Part shown: in pieces, positions 49,689 through 64,000 of the stretch
Numbering within the stretch: position 1 is the stretch's first letter
Layout: the number at the start of each line of letters is the position of its first letter
Origin: the human T2T-CHM13v2.0 reference genome, Homo sapiens
NCBI RefSeq assembly: GCF_009914755.1
Contig: NC_060936.1
Length of the DNA stretch: 64,000 nucleotides
Direction: 5' to 3' (one strand)
Program-made: the position numbers and the translations under genes
Notes under the pieces: generated by a model
The model's database searches: none
What the model was told of the DNA's origin: nothing
What the model saw: only the letters and a program-made list of their open reading frames with translations

Positions 49689-51347
49689 ATGGCATTGGCA
49701 GGACATTAAGGACAGACTTGAGGAATAAAAATGACCTTGAGGGCACCAATCTGTGAGGGAAGTTAGGAACCCATTTCCTCCCCAGAACCAGAATGACTGG
49801 ACAATCTTTTTCATAGCTTCTCCATCACATTCAAGCTGGTTTATGTCACTCCCCTGTGTTGTTACTTGTACAGCCAAGAAAGTATCTGTTATCTCCTGCG
49901 TAGTACCAAGGTAGGGGACTAGTGGATCTTATCATAGTTTTGGCTGACTATGCAGGGCTTAAAAGGCCAGCGTCTGTTTGAGGGGGAATGACCTCTAACA
50001 TCTGTAAAATTTGTCTCATCTTTTAATTTCTTTAACTTATTTCAAAATCATCTCATGACCCTTGTGTGCCTCTTTGTGAAGCCCTATTTAGCAATTTCAG
50101 GGGAGTCAAAAACCTTGCAACTTCCTTCTCCACTAACCCAGGACTAAAAATGGACAGGCTGACCTCAGTGTTTACAAATTCAGAATTTTGATAGGGGTAG
50201 ATATGGAGAAAGACCTATTTCCTGGGTCTCTGCTGTGTAGTCTCCTTCAGGCTTATTGTGCTCAGTGAACATCCAGTGCTGGGTGCAGCTCCATCACCCT
50301 CTTGTGTGTTTACATGTCTCTTTCTATGATAAGAGGGTTGTGTTGGTGGCACCTCCACTACTCTTTTCTGTTTGTTGAGTTTGAATTGTGTAACATCTTT
50401 GATCAGTGGGTGTATCTGTAATGAAGGAGGTTCAAGAGGCTGTGCTTTCCAAGTGATAGTCTATAGGAGTGTTTAATTTCTTGCAGCTCCATCTGGTTGC
50501 TGCATTTGAAGCATGGCATTAATTTGTATTTGCCCTGTTCTTTGACCTAAAGTTGAAGGGTTTAGAGTTTTTAACCTGATCTGTAGAGCAGAGAGGTTGA
50601 AAGCACTTAACTCTTGTTTAGTATCCTCATTGCCTTGCTGCCTGGGTATCTGGCCCCTTTCCATAAACATTTCTTTTCAGTTCATGTAGTTCTTTAATAG
50701 AAAGCTGCTATTATGTATATTGTCATTTGTGAAGGAAGTTGGAGAGTCACAGCTTTACTGTGACAGGTTTTGCCCAAGGCTTTGATACCTGTCACCCAGG
50801 GTATCTTAAAAGCAAGTTGTTCTCCCACTACTTTCCTTTCCCTCTGCCCTGCCATTCCTATTACAATGCTGTGAAAAAAGTTCTGCTTCTTAGGTGAATG
50901 GGTACTTTCTATTTTGTTTCTAAACGAGCAATTTTGAGGATGAAATGGGAAGATATCATTGCTTCCTTTTTGCACCTATTGGGTATGTACACTCTGGCCG
51001 AAGGGAGTCCTTATGTTTAGTTTCAAAATATATTACTTTCCTGGATTCTCTTCTTCACTTTTTCTGACTTTGGGTCCATTTTCTTTTCATTGCCTCCTTT
51101 TCCAGGCAGCTCTATTCTTGCAGAGCCATAGCAGGACATGTTAAAATTCCAATAGAAAACACTAAAAGGAAAGTCTGTGGAATCACTAGTGACTAAATAC
51201 TGGGAACCTATTTTCTCAATCTTCCTCCATGTTGTGTTCTTTGTATTCTTGAGATGATAATATATTATGTATTTGAATTCCTGAAAAATGGAAAATGTTT
51301 AAGATATATGTATATAAAGTGTATGCTGTATTGGTGCAATAATGGTA

Positions 51348-51353
51348 ATTAAA
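51348..51353 (+). terminator. NECAP1: NECAP1 poly(A) signal ATTAAA (3'UTR ~49689-51370)
   Basis: Upstream TGTA elements, downstream GU/U-rich tract gtgtctcttttatctttt. Confidence 0.7.
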
Positions 51354-52069
51354 AATATGAAAAAAGTGTCTCTTTTATCTTTTAATTTGCTTATTTGATT
51401 ACCTTTTAAATTTAATTGACCAAATATAAGTGGACCAGTAGTTAATAAAGGATATTTATATCACTCTTTATTAAGAAATAAGGCTTTTAAGAAGTTGAGA
51501 CTAGACCTCTGTGTTCATGGTTCTAAAATGACAGAGCACTCTGTGTAATCAATGAATATTCATTATTTATTTTCTGGTACAGTTAATTTAATTTGCTTCA
51601 AATTATCTTCATGATCTAGGCCACCTCTTATATCTTAACTGTAATCAGCAGAAATGAAAGGGATCAGTATAAGAGAAATAACTAAGGTCAGAACCACAGA
51701 CTTTGGAAACCAGAAAAGGTCTTGGGAGTTCTTGTTCAGTGATTGCCACAGGAGATAAATTAGCTAGATGTGGTTGGTGGTTTACTCCTGTAATTCCAGC
51801 ACTTTGAGAGGCTAAGGTGGGAAGATTGGTTGAAGCCAGTTCAAGACCAGCCTGGGCAGTATAGCGAGATCTTATCTCTACAAAAAATCTAAAAATTAGC
51901 TGGGCATGGCAGCATGTGCCTGTAGTCCTAGCTACTTGGGAGGCCGAGGTGGGAGGGTCACTTGAGCCTGGGAGGACGAGGCTGCAGTGAGTTGTGATTG
52001 TACCATGGTACTCTAGCCTGGATGATAAAATGAGACTCTCTCAAAAGAAAAAACAAAAAACATGAATCA

Positions 52070-56426
<4,357 letters not shown>

Positions 56427-56974
56427 TATATATATGTATATGTAAAAAGTAACACATACTGCTTTCTTCAGAGATTCTGATATACCTCCCGCTTTTGCCT
56501 TCCTGTAGGAGGACTTAAGAGACTTCCTGAACTGTGTCTTTTCTTATCATTACTGAGATTTTGAGGCACTGCTATTGACAGAGGTATATCTTAGACCTTA
56601 AGTTTTTGTTTGGGAAAAAAAATGTGGACAATCAATTTTCTAGCTCAACTCCCCTTAATTATATTTGATACTACTTGTCTTGTTATAATGTGAGCCTGTA
56701 TTACTCCTCACTTCCTCCATTCTGATAACCTCCTAGGCAGTCTGCTTGCCAATGGCTTTTTTAGTTCTAATTCAGCTTACATGTTAACCCCAAAGTAATG
56801 TTTGTGAAACAAAGCTCTGCTCATGTTTTTTACTCTCCTATTAATTGCCTTTAATAATTCTTCTTTGCTTATAAAGTCCAAAATATAATTTCATCTTCAA
56901 CTCAGTTTTCCCATTGACTCACAATGTGCTTTAACAAACTTAAGAACTACTAGTTGTTTTCTTTGTTTCTTTCT

Positions 56975-57008
<34 letters not shown>

Positions 57009-57285
57009 CGGAGTCTCACTCTGTCGCCCAGGCTGGAGGGCAGTGGCATGATCTCGGCTCACTGCAAGCTTTGCCTCCCGGCTTCACACTGGCTTCTGCC
57101 TCAGCCTCCCGAGTAGCTGGGACTACAGGGGCACGCCACCACGCCTGGCTAATTTTTTGTATTTTTAGTAGAGACAGGGTTTCACCATGTTAGCCAGGAT
57201 GGTCTTGATCTCCTGACCTCATGATCCCTCTGCCTTGGCGTCCCCAGTACTGGGATTACAGGCGTGAGCCACTGCACCCAGCCCC
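56975..57285 (-). mobile_element. AluY-type element with long poly(A)
   Basis: Reverse-complement Alu, ~30-nt T tract, flanking repeat actagttgtttt. Confidence 0.85.
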
Positions 57286-57772
57286 ACTAGTTGTTTTTCA
57301 TATGCCACAAGTATTGAGTGCTTGCTAAATTAAAATTTTTTCTGCCTAGAATACCTTCCCTTTTATACCTGCCTGTTGAGGTCCTTCCCATTGTGTAATG
57401 CTCGCCCAAATACTACTTCATGAAATGTTTACCTATCCTTCCAATCTGAAAGGTGATCTGTTTATTTGAGGGGGCAAGGGGTGGGGAGTGTTGCTGTTGA
57501 AATTCTCTTCCTCACTTGTTTTAAGCTCTTTGAATATAAAGACCATGTATGTCTTCATTTTTATGTACTTGCAGTACTTCCCATACACCTTTCTAGATAG
57601 TACATGCTCATGAAGTACTTGTGGAATTAACAGTGATTTCAGTGAGGAGGGACTAGAAGTTGGTAAGTTGAGTGTTTTCTGTATTTTACTCATTTTCATT
57701 TGGGTTGCTCCTGGCTACATGACTTAAGTATTCCTTATATGCTTTGCCATAGTGGCAGAAAATCTCATTTTT

Positions 57773-61800
<4,028 letters not shown>

Positions 61801-62589
61801 AGAAAATCTCATTTTTGTGCTTCAGAGCCAGTCAATATGAGAGAACCAAGTAAGTAGTAATGAAGACAGATTTTACTTTGGTATATAGACTTTTTGGCCT
61901 GGGGATGGAACACCAGGTACCATGTAGTAGAGTTGCTGATACATTTGGTAGTTTACCGTCTCATTTTAATTATAAGTGGCTAAAATTGCATTGCACTTTG
62001 CTCATGTTTTAGTTTTTTTGTAGCCTTTTCAAAAACCATTTTTTAAATTGCCTCTGAATTGTACATGAAGGAAATACATATGTGACTATAGGACTAATGT
62101 TCAGGAGTTCTCCATCAATCACATATTCTCCATCAGTCACATATTCAAAGGAAGGAAAGAGGGAGAATTTTATTTACTTGTGGGTCCTTAGCCTGGGTTT
62201 ATATAGATGGTTTTCACAGCATTTTTATGGTTTGACATTTATTTCAAAATTTTGCTAGAACTGTCATCTTCAGTTTCCTTTTCAAAGACCTACAATACAG
62301 GGTGGTATATTTTCAAAAAAGCTCTGGTATACTTAAATTGCCTGCATCTGAGCCAGTAGTGAAATAATTGTCCATTGTGACTTCATGTTCTGCCCCATCA
62401 ATCTAAGGATAACATCATCCCCTCAATTAAACAAAATAATGCATTAAGACCCACTATGGATTTTTTGACTTGCTTTTCAACATTTTCTTTGTTCCTACTA
62501 TTTGTATTCTGCCAACGTACCTATTATTGGAAAAAAAAGTCATTGAAGCACTTTGTGTCAGTGCTGCATCTGGCTGCATATTAGCATGC

Positions 62590-62606
62590 GACCACTAGAG
62601 GGCATG
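62590..62606 (+). promoter_or_regulatory. Candidate CTCF site
   Basis: gaCCACTAGAGGGCAtg closely matches the CTCF core; lies in non-repeat DNA. Confidence 0.55.
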
Positions 62607-64000
62607 CTCCTCCTAGCAACTGAAATAGTTGTAGGAATTTGCTCAGACTCCTCGTGGCAGGGGAAGCATTTGTTTTTTATTTTTTATTTTCTTTTTCAAC
62701 AATCTAAGATAGGACGAGAACAGGGGAAGCATTTAAAAAGAAAGAAATGAAGACTGGATGGGGGCATTTAGTCTGGTCTAAGCCTGTAACTGATCCAAAG
62801 TTTGTTGAGAATGTAGAAAAATAGCTGTTTGGGCAGGCAGAAAATGAAGTACCAAATGATCCCTTCTTCATACTTTAATACTTTAATAAATACTTGAATG
62901 GGGAATATACTTAATTTTAATGACACCCCCTCCTCCTAGCTCCACCCATAATAGAGGATTAATGGGCAGTAAAGAGTAGTGGTCAGGAACATGGATTTGG
63001 GAGAAGACAGACTACTTTGCTACAAAATTTGTCTCTGCCACTTACTGGCTTTTTGACCTTGGAAAAATTAGTTAAACTTTGTTTGCCTCAGTTTCCTCAT
63101 ATACGAAATTAAAATAGTACCTATGGAATATTGTGACTTTAAAACAAATTTTAAAATTAAATTGCTTAGCTGGCCATGGTGGCTCACTTCTGTAATGCCA
63201 GTGCTTTAGGAGCCTACGGTGGGAGAATCGCTTGAGCCCAGGATTTTGAGGTTACAGTGAGCTATGATGGTGCCACTGTACTCCAGCTTGGGGTGACAGA
63301 GTGAGACACTGTCTCTAAAAAATATATAAAGTAATTGAAGTCCCTAGAACAGGGCCTGGAATATGGTAAGTGCCGTTTAAATATTTGTTGCTGGTACTAG
63401 TACTGCTTCTAATTCTGGCTCTCCAGGTGTGTAATGGGATGGTGTAAGGGCGAAATGACAGGAGTTCTTTTTTTATTGTCTTAGAAGTGAGGTAGATGCC
63501 CCAAGATTGGGGCAGGAAGTAGGAAGAGTCATCTGATAGAGGAGAAACGGGGAGTAAGGGATGACAGGGAGACAGGCTTCTGAAACATATTTCAGACTGA
63601 TTCCATAGTAAGGATTTAAATTCTTATTCTGTCTTTGTAATCCTGCTCAACCCCTTTTATAGCTTTTATAGTATATACCTTTTCACATAAGTAAGAAACC
63701 CCAAACCAACTGTCTTCTTATCCTGTATTTTTTGAGCACCGATCATTTGCTAGGGGAAGTGCTTTATAAAGATTGTCTCACTCAATCTTCACACAAACCC
63801 CTGGGATTCTTACTTCTGGGATTTCTTAATTCTTACCCTCTGGGGTGAAATATGGTTATCCATATTTCACAGGCGAGGACACAGAGGCATAGAGAGGTTA
63901 AAAAAAACTTTACTAATTTGTACCTAAAGTGACAACATGCTAGTGTCAAAGATAATAATTAATGAATTGATTGTGGCCTACCTCTGTACCTTCATTTTAT

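Overview
Eukaryotic (human/primate), repeat-rich genomic DNA, recognised from the encoded proteins as the FOXJ2-C3AR1-NECAP1 locus (human chr12p13, from recall). It holds the last five coding exons and 3'UTR of FOXJ2 (+); the complete C3AR1 gene (-; non-coding exon 1, one ~6 kb intron, intronless 482-aa GPCR CDS); and the complete NECAP1 gene (+; 8 coding exons summing to 828 nt = 275 aa + stop, CpG-rich promoter). The rest is mainly Alu, L1, L2/MIR, DNA-transposon and LTR sequence, and nearly all short ORFs in the track are repeat artefacts. I see no new protein-coding system. The best leads are structural: (1) an old L1 whose 16-bp target-site duplication encloses ~380 bp of non-L1 DNA and a second poly(A), i.e. 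a candidate 3' transduction; (2) a truncated EEF1A1 retrocopy lying divergent to the NECAP1 promoter, which supplies a stop, 3'UTR and poly(A) signal to an 83-codon ORF; (3) a ~330-bp (AAGGG)n tract grown from an Alu tail in a FOXJ2 intron, resembling the RFC1/CANVAS architecture; (4) a consensus-like AluYb8 53 nt from a NECAP1 splice acceptor; (5) a solo HERV-E LTR2 between C3AR1 and NECAP1; (6) a frame-preserving 87-nt NECAP1 intron whose only stop codon is its acceptor TAG. Repeat family names are from memory of consensus sequences and need RepeatMasker/Dfam confirmation.
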